A stretch of 64,000 nt of DNA. Source: Selaginella moellendorffii (taxonomy: Eukaryota; Plantae; Lycopodiophyta). Positions 47,628-58,500 of the stretch are shown here, piece after piece (position 1 is the first letter of the stretch; every line of letters begins with the position of its first letter). The position numbers and the translations under genes are program-made. The notes beneath the pieces were generated by a model, which saw nothing but the letters and a program-made list of their open reading frames with translations, did not search any database and had not been told where the DNA came from. The DNA lies in contig NW_003314316.1 in assembly GCF_000143415.4 (NCBI RefSeq), positions 577,220-641,219 on the forward strand, given 5' to 3'.

Positions 47628-50600
47628 ATGGTAAGTCTTTTAGGCCAAGTAGAAAATGGCATGAGGCCACATGCCATTCAGTAGCAACATTGGCATGCAC
47701 CGATTGGGCTCTCGAGTGCAGTTCGGTTACAGATGGCGTGTAGCCTCACGCCATCTTAGGATGCAGCCTCAAGACATCTGATGCAGTGGTGAATGGCGTG
47801 TGGCCTCACGTTATTTCCAGCTACTAGCTTTTCATCTGTCAGCTCTAATTGTTGTGCATTTCTGAACAGGCGAGGAATTGCGTTCTTCTTCCAGCCACTG
47901 TCAATGTGGATGCAGAGAAGGGGGAGGAGCTCACCAGTTGGACTTTCGGGATGGAAAGCCCTGGAGGGGGGCAGCGGCTATGAGGAATTCCTAGAGGGAG
48001 CTAGGGAGAGGTTGTCCAGGAGGCCCACAATTTCAAAGATGCTGCGGGTCTATGAAGATCACATGGAATCCACGGACCTCACTTACGGCGATGTTCAAAA
48101 ACTATATTCCAACATTGAGCCGTTGAGAGTGCCTCCAGTTCGCGAAGCGAAGGGGAAGGGGGTCGATCTGGAAACTACCCCGAAGCAGAAAAGGGTGGTC
48201 AAGCTCAAGCCGACGTCCGACTCTGCTGCTCCAAAAAAGAAGCTACTCGGTGATGCCATTGCCTCGGGTTCGAACACTACACCCACCAAAAAGAAGAGCC
48301 GCAAAGAGCAGAAAGAGCAAGAAGAGGCAGCAAAAATCGTCGCAGATAATAGTACTTGTTACTATTCCAACAAAGTATATACAATCGACGTGAGCCGTAT
48401 CGAGATCCAAAGTAAATACAACCACAGGCTAGTATCTGATGAGTGGGTGGAGAAACTGAAGCAGAAGATGCTGGCAAGTCCAGTAACACCCGACATCGCA
48501 GACGTGATCCCCTACTACCGAAAAATGAAGGGCGAGACGAGGTTTCCAGACTTGATCAATAGGAAGGTGTTGGACGATCAGAACATCCGGTTCTATGCCA
48601 TCTCCGGGCAGCATTCTAGCTTGGCGATGCAACAGATAGTTGTGGATATTATGGTGGGCGAGGAGGTGAAGAAAGTCTTCAAGACAAGAGTTGTCCGCCT
48701 GATAAAAGGCAACTCGCCCCTCCGATCTATCATATACATCTCCCACGCGCAGAATGTCAAGCAAGAAACGTGCTACAAATCGGGTCTGCACGAGACATTG
48801 GCACGAACACGGAAGCTCTGGGTTCAACTGAAGAAGCCACAAAAACCAGGACAAGGACGTGCACTAGCAACTAGCGCCTGGCAGGTAAGCCTCGTTGCAT
48901 GTGGCATAGCATGTGGCCTCACGCCATTTCCATTGCAGGAATTCTCGAGTCTTCTCTCGAAAACACTGGGGGTCAATGACACACTCAGCATCCATAACAT
49001 TCTACTCGCGACAAAAGTTGTTTTTGACAAATGGGTAGATGTGCTGAGGAGGTACCATGACGGGGAGTTGCTAAACTCAATGGGTGTGGAGGACGGCCGG
49101 AAGCCCAATGATTTGAAGCTCAACGCCTTACGTTTCTCGCGGTCTCTAGACGATGATGACCTTCTGACAGTGGCTAATGCTCTTCTACGTGGTGAGGTAG
49201 TCTTCAACAAGACCAAAATGACTCCCGGCCATATTGTGACATACGAGGACTTGTGCACGACTCTGAGAGCTCGTGCGCTATTGAAGGATTGGATCTTCGA
49301 GCAAGTGGCCGTGGCGAGGGTGAGCATCGACACCACGCAAGAGATGATGGAAGAGTTGGACTTGTCAAATGAAGACATCGACGACTACGTGAAGGGGGCC
49401 CCCAAGTTCATCGATCTGCTGCGGGATGCCACGAAAAGTAAAGCTGAGAAGTTGGATCAGTATCCAAATTTCATTAAGAGGGATGTCGACCGCCGGCTTC
49501 AGAAACAGCTCGACCCCACAGGAGAGGCCTATCGAGAACCTTACCGGGTATACGTGAATTCGGATGAGGATCAAAGGTGGAGGAGCATCGTTTCCCGCGG
49601 AGATGAGCAGGTCAAGAACATCTTTTGTGTGATGGACTTCACAAACAAGGAGATCACTCATGCAGATGAAGTCAGCTCCATCATTGACTTAATGGTGGGA
49701 CTTGTGGAGGTGGAATCTTTAGTCCACTATATGATCTACAACTCCGAATCCTATCACAAGTTCTGGAAGGCCTTGAACGAGGTGAAGGCTCGGTTGAAAG
49801 GCAAGGAGATGCGGGAGATCCATGGGATAATGGCTAAGAAGAAGATACCGACGAATGTCCGCATCTTCACACTCGCCCTTGTTATTGGTCCTGCAGCAGA
49901 GTGGGACTGGAGTGACTTCCCAGCTTCGTTCAACAAAGCCGATCGAATTGATCTGAGGGAGGTCAATTTACCCGTGCCTAAGGAACTAAAGACGGCTATG
50001 GAGCTTTCGAATCCAAAGAAAGCTCCAGGTGCAGCATGGGAAATGCTCAGCTGGGTCTTCAACGCAATAGCAGGTGACTCCAAGGGCAAATGCATTGTCG
50101 AGTACAACTGCGGCGGACTATTCTTTCGAGCCGCACTACTCAAGGGTGTCTCGTGTGTTGCGGTGACAAACTCCATTGAAGAGGTGACTTCAATGGAGCA
50201 TATAATTACAGTTGCCAAAGAAAAACAGTATCTTCTCTACGAATCTGGTGAGTACGCACTTTAAGTTTAAATGTTATCTCACAAGCTCTGTATGCAGGAG
50301 CGTGGCCACCCCCAGATGCTGAAACGGCGTTAACAGCTACTGATGTTAGGCCGAGCTCACAACCTGCACAAGGTAAGGTCACGTGAGGCCTCACGCCATT
50401 TTGATTATAGATCGTTGTGAATATTCAGACACGAGGACTGAAAAGCGCACTGGTGGCGCGTCGAAGAAGGACAAACAGACAAGCAATAGGAAAAAAGGAG
50501 GTACAAATTATATTTGCAATGGCGTGTGGTCTCATGCCATTCCTTGCAGGAGACACTTCTTCAAAGGCAAAACAGGCAAGCACCAGCCAAGCTCAAACTG

Positions 50601-53071
50601 ACAGTGGTCATAAAAAGCGAAAGCACGTTGGACAGTCGTCGGGATCAGAGGCGTTTGATTTGAAAAGGAAGAAGGGCAACGAAAAGATGATAGGTAATGC
50701 CTCGCGGTTATGGCGTGTGTGCTCATGCCATTCATTGCAGATCAAGGGCTGAGTGAAAGGAGCCAGTCACCACCTTCTGACTCAGATTCCTATGGCGGAC
50801 TCCCCTTCCCCAATCTCAATGGAGAGGTACAATGGATGAGGGATGCTTTTCAAGTCAGGGCCACGTTTTTCTCATCTCGTCGTCTTCGAAGGGTGCAAGA
50901 ACGTGCAAAAACCATGTTAAGATAGTCGGGTGAGGATACGGTCCTAGGTCACGCACTAAAACAGGCTATGGATGTCTTGTATTTTGAGATGGAGACTCGG
51001 CCAGATGATTTTCCCAAGATGGTCCTGGAAAAACAAGCCATCCAGCCTGAGCAGCCTATGGAAGAAATGCAGGAGGGGGATGAGGACCCAGAGAAAGATA
51101 ATGAGCAAGAAGAGCAGAAGGACGAAGAGGAGGACAAAGAAGAGGAGGACGAAGAAGAGGAGGATGAAGAAGAGGAGGACGAAGAGGACTTGGATGGTCC
51201 TCACAATGGTGACGATCACAATAACGACGATGACGATGATGACGACGATGGCCAGCCTGAGGTGGCCAAAGAGCAGCGGAGGAAGGTCATACAAGACAAA
51301 CCATCAGGTAAATAATAGTACATCCATTCCTAACCTTTTACCATTTCTAACATTGTCCATGTAGGTCGCAGAAGAAATGGTAAGTAGAGATTATTCAGTT
51401 GAATTAAGATACAAACTCTAGCCTTTAGTGTCGAGGAAGGATAGTGCCAAGCAAGGGTCGAAACGTATGTCCAATCCTTCAGAATCAGCAGTGCGCCCAA
51501 GTGATATCGGTCCTAGTTCCTCAATAGCAGTTGATGGTAAATACAGTATAGTCGATTCAATGTGCTAATGAGTTTGTTTTTAGTAGCACGGGAGGATACC
51601 ATCTCAATCGAAGGGAGATATTTGGACATGCATATGGATCCGCCAGTGGACTCTACTTGCCTGCAAGAGTCATCAGAGCTGGTGGAGGCTACTATCCATA
51701 TCAACACCAAGCAAGCTGACCACGCTCCACTTGATGCTGCCCATACCATTGAGTCAATCTTGTTCACGTATCCAACTGACGGTGACCAGGCGCCATTGGA
51801 CCCGCATGAGGCCGCCCCAGCCGCCGAGCCGGTCGTATCCTCATTTCCAACGGACTCAACGTGTGCCCAATCGTCTGACTACGCGCCGTTGGAACCTCCC
51901 TACACCGCCCCTACTGCCTGTTCGGTCATGTCCACTTTGCCAACGGAGGCACCAGCTGAAATGGCGTGTGATCACACGCCATCGGAACCACCCCATGCCA
52001 CTGTTGAGCCAGTTGTACCAGAGTCTACAGCTGAAATGGCATGTGCCCACACGCCATCGGATGCGATTGACCCCACATTGCAGAGGAGAGTATTTCCGCC
52101 CTTCACGTTTCCTCGACCAAAACCCTCTGAACGACCATCGGGAGCACCATTCGCTAATATTGTAGATGGTAAAATTGACTTGTACCATTTTTTATGCTGA
52201 CACATTTCATTTCAGAGTCACGGCGAAAGTACTGTATCGTTTTTTATCTGAACGGTGTCCTTTTCTCCCATGAGCGTGGCTCGTCCTCGAATGTCACTGC
52301 ACCCTCCAAAGCCTGCGGTCGCAAGTTGGTCAAAAGAGACAGATTCACATTAATCACACAGGAGAAACTGCGGGATCTAATAATGACCATGCGACACTTA
52401 AAACAGAGGGCCGGGTTCAATTTGCAATTGGGAGTTTGGACATCCATGATGCGCCACAATGCATTAACGTTGCTACAGATGATGCACGATCAGACGCGAG
52501 TAATATTACCATTTGACTTTCTCCTAACGCAGGAGGATTGCTTGACTATGGTCCATGTGAGGGGTAGCAAGCCCATCTTCGTCAAGGCAGAGGCTGTAGT
52601 GATGAACCGGACTGCTAGGTCAAGTGAAATCCTCATCATCGATGACTCGCCGATTAAAACTGCAGCGAACACACACACATATGCAGTGCACCCCATCTCT
52701 TGCAGTATGGAAACTAGGGAGAAGAAACCGTATGTTCTTATGCAAAACGGCTTGAAGCGATGGTGATAGAGAACCGGCCAGTCCAGGAGGTGGCTGCAGA
52801 AATCAACCAAATGGCAGATGGAACGGTATATCAGAAGCCATTTGATCGGACAGACACCAGTCATCATTTATGGCATGTATATTGTCTAGCCAAGCACTAT
52901 CCGCATCTCCATAATCTGCTCAACCGGATGGGTTCTTCGACCACTGAACATGAGCGTGGACGTATTAGAGAAGAGATGGCATTACTATTGGGTTTAAATC
53001 CTGATAGTGTGGAGAGTGATGAAATTCCAAGATTATTGTATAGGCGTTGGAGGCAAAAAATAACAGTCTGA
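47628..53071 (+). pseudogene. Multi-exon transposon cargo gene: ParB-like domain, degenerate DNA MTase-like domain, acidic tract, FCP1/NIF-like HAD domain
   Basis: 823-aa ORF 47793-50264 plus phase-consistent introns 48885-48938, 50248-50297, 50373-50428, 50501-50549, 50694-50740. In-frame TAG at 50923-50925 and a frameshift near 52760. The 5' start is uncertain. Confidence 0.7.
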
Positions 53072-53513
53072 GATGGCATGTATTTATTTAAAAATGTAAC
53101 TTATTATGGCATGGGGTTCCATGCCATTGTATTAATATTAAAAGACAATTCTTTGAGAGGATTTGCATTATACTAGAAGTGTTACAGCATGTTATTGGAA
53201 GTCTACGAAGTTGTTTTATTAATAAGGGGAAAGTAAAGATTGAATGGGGACTTGGGCTCCACCTAGACTCGGAACAACTGAGCCAATATTAAAAGGATGG
53301 AAAGAAATTGGATGACAATGACAAGGAGAAGAGAGAGGTGAAGCAGTGGCAGGGGGAGGAGAAGTGATTAAGTAGACATTTCCTTGTTTAAAATAAAATG
53401 GCATGTGCCTCAATGCAGTTGAATTTTGTTATATTTATATACTATATAAAGATTTGGAAACCTTATTTTACAAGTGGGATAATGACAATTCCCACTTTAA
53501 CGAAATAGAGCTT

Positions 53514-55541
53514 TAGTCTATGCACATGCGCATAGAACCATCTTTCTTTTTCACAAATAACACCGGCACCCCATACGGCGACTTGCTCAACCTAACATAC
53601 CCTTTGTCCACCAACTCCTCTAGTTGGCACTTGAGCTCCTTGAGTTCTTTTTCGTTCAAACGATAGGGGGACGAACCACCACCTCAGCACCCTCGACCAG
53701 CTCAATCTTATGTTCTATCGGTCGTGTAGGGGGCAACCCCACCAGTAGCTCCTCTGGCATAGTATCCTGGAATTGGTCCAACACCCGCTGGATCACTAAA
53801 GGTACTTTTTCCGTTCCTGTCTTTTTGTCACTCTTCACCGAGAGTAAGCATAAAAAGGCTGCCTTAGTTCCTTTAGTGAGTTGTCCTCTCGTGGACACCA
53901 GGTTTAAGCAGGAATCTTTAGCCTTGCTTTGCCCTACCTTTAGATCCTGGGCCTCCACCCTAGATCTTCTTCCTTGGGCATTTGCCAGTACCACAAGGTT
54001 CCTACCTTGTCCATGCAGGGCTATCACGAACCGATTGAACCAATCCATTCCGAAGATCACGTCAAATCCCGCTATGTCCAACACGGTGAAATCCATGTCT
54101 ACTTTCCATGTTCCTACTTCGACTCTCGCTTGTCGAAGTACCTCATCGATGCTTTGGCTACCTTGAACAAACTCTATAGTCCTTGGTTCGCCTAGCCGCT
54201 GCACCGTTAGTCCGGCTTGCCAGACTATGTTTGCAGCCACAAAATTATCCAAAGCACCCGTGTCAATAAGGATCTTAACAAAGCTACCTCCGAGCTTCCC
54301 TTGGAGGGCTAGTAGATGTCGCAAACAACTCTCTACCAAAGTTGCTTATGTAATGAGTAACTTTGAGTTAGGGACTAGATCACATACCTCAGTTTGGACT
54401 TCACCCGACTTGATGGCCATATTGGCTCTGGCCTTCTTCGGGTAGGGACATTCCCTCAAAAAGTGTCCCGCTTCACCGCAGTTGTAGCATACGTTGTTTC
54501 CCACGCTGCTATATGATTTGACCTTCTTATTCGTGGGTTTGTCTCTTTTCGCTTAACTCCCCTACGTACTCTCTCGTTGGCCACCGGATTTGCCTTTCCG
54601 GAACCCCAAGGACTCATTCTTAGAGAAACTCTTCTTGAATTTCCCCCTGCTATACGTTCCCCTTGGTTTGGCCCCTTTGCTAAATGTGGATCCCGACCCC
54701 GCTGTGTTCCCCTTTCGCAATGCACCTTGATGGCCGCATCCAACGCTTCCTTGTAGTTGGTCGGGTTCCAGTGCATCACCTCACCGTGAGCCCAGGTTTG
54801 CAAACCCGATATGAAGGCATGGAACGCATCCATATCCCCCATGTCCGTGACAAGTATCCTCTTTGCCATGAACCCATTCACATATTCCTGGATGGTTCCA
54901 GTCTACTTCAGCCTACTCAACTCATCCCTCAGATGCAGAGTGGCATTCGGAGGAACGTATGTTGTGCAAATCCTCGCCTTCATCATGTCTCAAGTGGCCA
55001 TCGGTCCTTCGTTGGCCTCCGTCGTTCTCCACCAAGACTTGGCATTATCTGCCAAGTATGGTTTTGCACATGGGACTTTCTCCGAGCTCGGTAACCGCAA
55101 CGCTCGGAAGTAGTCCTCCATATCGTAAAACCAATCCTCCACCACCTTATAGTCGTTCACTCCCTTGAAGACCGGTGGGGGCTTTGGTTTGTACTTGGGA
55201 ACTGCCTGAGGGATTGATTCCACTTTGGTCTGTTCGACTTTGTCTGGTTTTGCCTCAGTCCCTGCCGAAGGGTCCGCACCTTCTGCTCTGCCAGCATCCG
55301 CAGTCTTTCGCTTTTTCTTCCGCTTTTTGTCATGCTTTAGCTTGCGTATGAGAGTCTCCAGCAGGGCATTGGTCTGTGCCAATTCTCCTTCTAGGACGTC
55401 CAATCGAGCCTTGGACGACTGAATCTCACCATCGGACTCCTGTTTGGAAGTTTCCTCACTGGAGTCCTCATGCAAGGATTCCTCATCCATAGCCTCTTGT
55501 TCGACCGGAAGCTCCAGCTCTGGCGGAGGTTCCGTTTCCAC
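53514..55541 (-). pseudogene. Element E gag, zinc knuckle, protease and RT N-terminus
   Basis: [81 protein letters not shown]; several frameshifts. Confidence 0.9.
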
Positions 55542-58500
55542 CTGGGTTCACTTACGCCCTACCTTTGCCATCTCCCAGCAATCCGCCTCTATCCTTTGCT
55601 AGAACTGAGGAAAAGACTCCGATACCAAATTGTAAGCCACAAATTTTTCCATTCCAATTTGCCAGCTTACCTCGTCTACCCGTCTAACATTGCCTTGGCG
55701 TTTGCTAAGTTCCCTCGCCAAGGTTCCCGCCTATGGTACCATCTCCTACTTGGTCCTACTTGGTTTCAGCTACTCACTGCACGAGCAACGGAGCATTAGC
55801 CATCCATCCACGGATTCCCAAATCTCTCCCAATCCCCCTCCTCAGGTTAGACTGGACTTAAGGTTCGGCTACACTCCCCGCAGGCATAAACAGCCAAACA
55901 CACCAAGTCTCCAGGTTCCTAACACCTCTTGGTACCACAAAACTTGATCATGGGACCCTCTAAATCCCAAGTCTTGGGTGCAACACTTGCTTCAGGACGT
56001 CGGGGCAAAACACCATGGCCTAACGGCCCGGTATGGGTACCTCTACCCCCCCACTTCCATCCCGAAGGAAGGCCCAAGCCCCTAGGAAGGGCAAGGACCA
56101 ATGAGCCACGTGGTACTCAAGTGGGGCACCACTCCACCTGAGCCGGGAGCATCGCAGTTGGTTTCCCTTTCGGGAGTGGGAGCTACTCTTGAGCACTTCC
56201 TTGGATGGCCCCTCCAGCACCAACCAAGTCCATACTCACTCCCACCCAAGGCCCCTCGGTCCCAGTCTCAACCTCAAGTTAGTTTGGAAGCCCCACTGGA
56301 GAGTCCTTTACTTTTGGAACCCCCTACAGCCCCCCCCCCCCCCCCCCCCCTGGGAGACGCACGCTTTGGGCTTTCACCCCTTGACCCGTATTAGTATTTG
56401 GACTTAGTCTCTGGCTCGATCTCAGACTTGATTTCGGATCCGACTTCGGATTCGGTCTCGGACTCGATCTCGGACCCAATCTCGGACCCAACCTCGGACT
56501 CGACTTTGGACTCGGTTTCGGACTTGATTTCGGATCTCGGACTCCATCTCAAACTCAGTTTCGAACTCGGTCCCCGAGTCGGCCTCGGACTCGATTCCAG
56601 ACTCTATCTCGAACTCGGTCTCAAAGTCGGTCTTAGACTCGATCTTCGACTTGGTCTCATCTGATGAACTTTTTGTCATTTTGGTCATGCCTTCGAGATT
56701 CCTTTAGCCTACGACACCTAGGCGAGTTGGTTCCTTACACTTGGGTCCATCTCGGATCCATCTCAGACTCCATCTCGGGTCCATCTCGGGTCCATCTCGG
56801 ACTCCATCTCGGACTCCATCTCGGGTCCATCTCAGACACTTCCACGTGTCATGTGTCGGTCCTCTTGTGTCCCTTTTCTAGAGACTCACTTATCTTTCAC
56901 TTCGTGCTTGTTCCTCGAGCACTTCGTTGGGAGTTCCACTCCCTCTCTCGACCTTTTCAAGTCGGAGCTTTTAGTCCAAACGTGTTACGCTCGTTTGGCT
57001 TTTGCTTCGGCCACTACCACGTGGCACCCTTTCGGCTCCACTTTGGGGCCTAGGGATTTTGTGTCTCACACTAGTGAGTTGGGACTCAAACCCAAGCACT
57101 AGAGGGTCGAGACTCGAACCTAACCTCCGTATATGCATCTATGGAAGGCATCATCCAAAATGCTTGGCGTGACTCCTCACATCGATGCACTCGTCGATGA
57201 TCGAGTTAAAGCGCTCTACAAATTACAGCTTAGGAACTTAGTTCCTTTGCACTACCAAGCCCTCTCACTTGACAAGTCTGTGATCATGCATGGAATCCTC
57301 CATGCTTGGCCCCATGGGCCACCCCTTTTTAAATTGGCACCTTCAACTAGGGGATTTGTTCCTCTAACTTGCCAATCTCACTTAGCAAATCATCCGACCA
57401 ATGTAACATGGTTTCATGCACAAGCATGAAAGTCCTCGACCATCGACTTTCATTCAAAGCTATCCCTTTGAGCACTCGGGAACTGCTTCCCCAACCTTGA
57501 TAGCATTGCGTTATGGCAAGCTTCAAGGCCACACTTTTGCTGCGCCACTCTGATTTTATACATTCTATGAACCATTTACACTTGGCTTTCTAGGTACTAA
57601 ACTACCTAGAATTGTCTTTGGGAACCTTTGAAGGAACTCTGTCCCTTAACTTGCTAAGGCCTCTCCTTTTGCAAGTTTTTTAATTGTCATATGTCTAACA
57701 TGGATAATTCCATGCTTCAGACTCTCCATGGCATCATGGTTGTTAGTAACAACATGCTTGAGTACCCACTTGATTCTCCACTCTCAACTAACATAACCAC
57801 CCTTAGTTATGCAATTCGATTCTTATGGTTTGATTTTATCCCCCTACTACTTGCTTTTGGCCTCATACCTTTCCTTCGATTATTCTCCTCTAGACTAGGA
57901 GGATAGCTTTGCACTTTCTACTATGCCGTAACAAATATTCTTAGAGAAGAACCTACCCAACAGCCTAGGGAGTAGTTCCTCAATCCAGGTATGCTCAACT
58001 TATAATCCCACACACCGGGATTAACATTGCTACTTATGGGCTTTTATATGCCCATCACTAGCCTTGCCAAAATTTCATTTTGGCTTTCTCCAATTCGGGT
58101 AGACAGTCTTCCCCTGTCTCCGCAATCTTGGACATTTGGATAACACCTTTTATCCATCATTCGCTAGGGACTTAGTCCCTAAGGCCTTATCTATCGCCCT
58201 CGCGACACTAAACACCACCTCTTAGTGTTCTAGAGTGTTTGGGTGTCTCAATGGTGGTCTCCTTGACAATGAGCATTTCTTTTTTCGACATTGACTCACT
58301 ATATCGCAACATGAGCAATTTATCCCCTGTATAGGTATATCTAATGCTATTAAGAAGTCTTGGGTAGCTACTTTTTACCCGTTTAACCAATTATCTTGCA
58401 CCTCTTGCTTAGTTGCCCTATAATTGTCAAGTCCTACAACTCATTGTTTGGTGGTTCCACACCTCCATCATTATCTGGGTCACCACACTCCAACTGCATG

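Larger units (their letters stand above)
39990..53127. repeat. Dispersed 22-bp imperfect palindrome, consensus ATGGCRTGNGGCCNCAYGCCAT, ~28 full plus several partial copies
   Basis: Starts at 39990, 40306, 40395, 40993, 41153, 41299, 42641, 42698, 44544, 44614, 44650, 44820, 44918, 45641, 46505, 46584, 46743, 46877, 47656, 47733, 47793, 48906, 50378, 50519, 50710, 51961, 52036, 53106. Not seen outside the TIRs. Confidence 0.92.
39764..53513. mobile_element. 13,750-bp TIR DNA transposon, Sola-like (DUF7869-type transposase), with cargo gene
   Basis: 24-bp TIRs A[T/A]GCTCTATTTCGTTAAAGTGGGA (39764-39787; 53490-53513); 4-bp TSD TAGT (39760-39763; 53514-53517). Removing it restores the RT motif MCIDYRLLN. 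Superfamily assignment is less certain than the boundaries. Confidence 0.9.
28221..56739 (-). mobile_element. Chromoviral Ty3/gypsy LTR retrotransposon E (LTRs 28221-29376 and 55631-56739), interrupted by element F and by a DNA transposon
   Basis: TG..CA LTRs; TSD CTCGG/CTTGG; PBS TGGTATCGGAG (55617-55627); PPT next to 29377; gag-PR-RT-RH-IN-chromodomain order. Confidence 0.93.
26987..57070 (-). mobile_element. Solo LTR of family D, split by element E (26987-28220 plus 56745-57070)
   Basis: TGTAAG...CTCACA ends with perfect 5-bp TSD CTAGT (26982-26986 and 57071-57075). Confidence 0.88.

Noticed and set aside
47180-47634. Arg/Ser/Ala-rich ORFs upstream of the cargo gene
   Set aside because: Translations of CTCGCG-type repeats; more plausibly promoter or 5'UTR.
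39990-53127. Palindromic repeats as a CRISPR array
   Set aside because: Spacing is irregular (tens of bp to kb), copies are degenerate, there are no cas genes and the context is eukaryotic.
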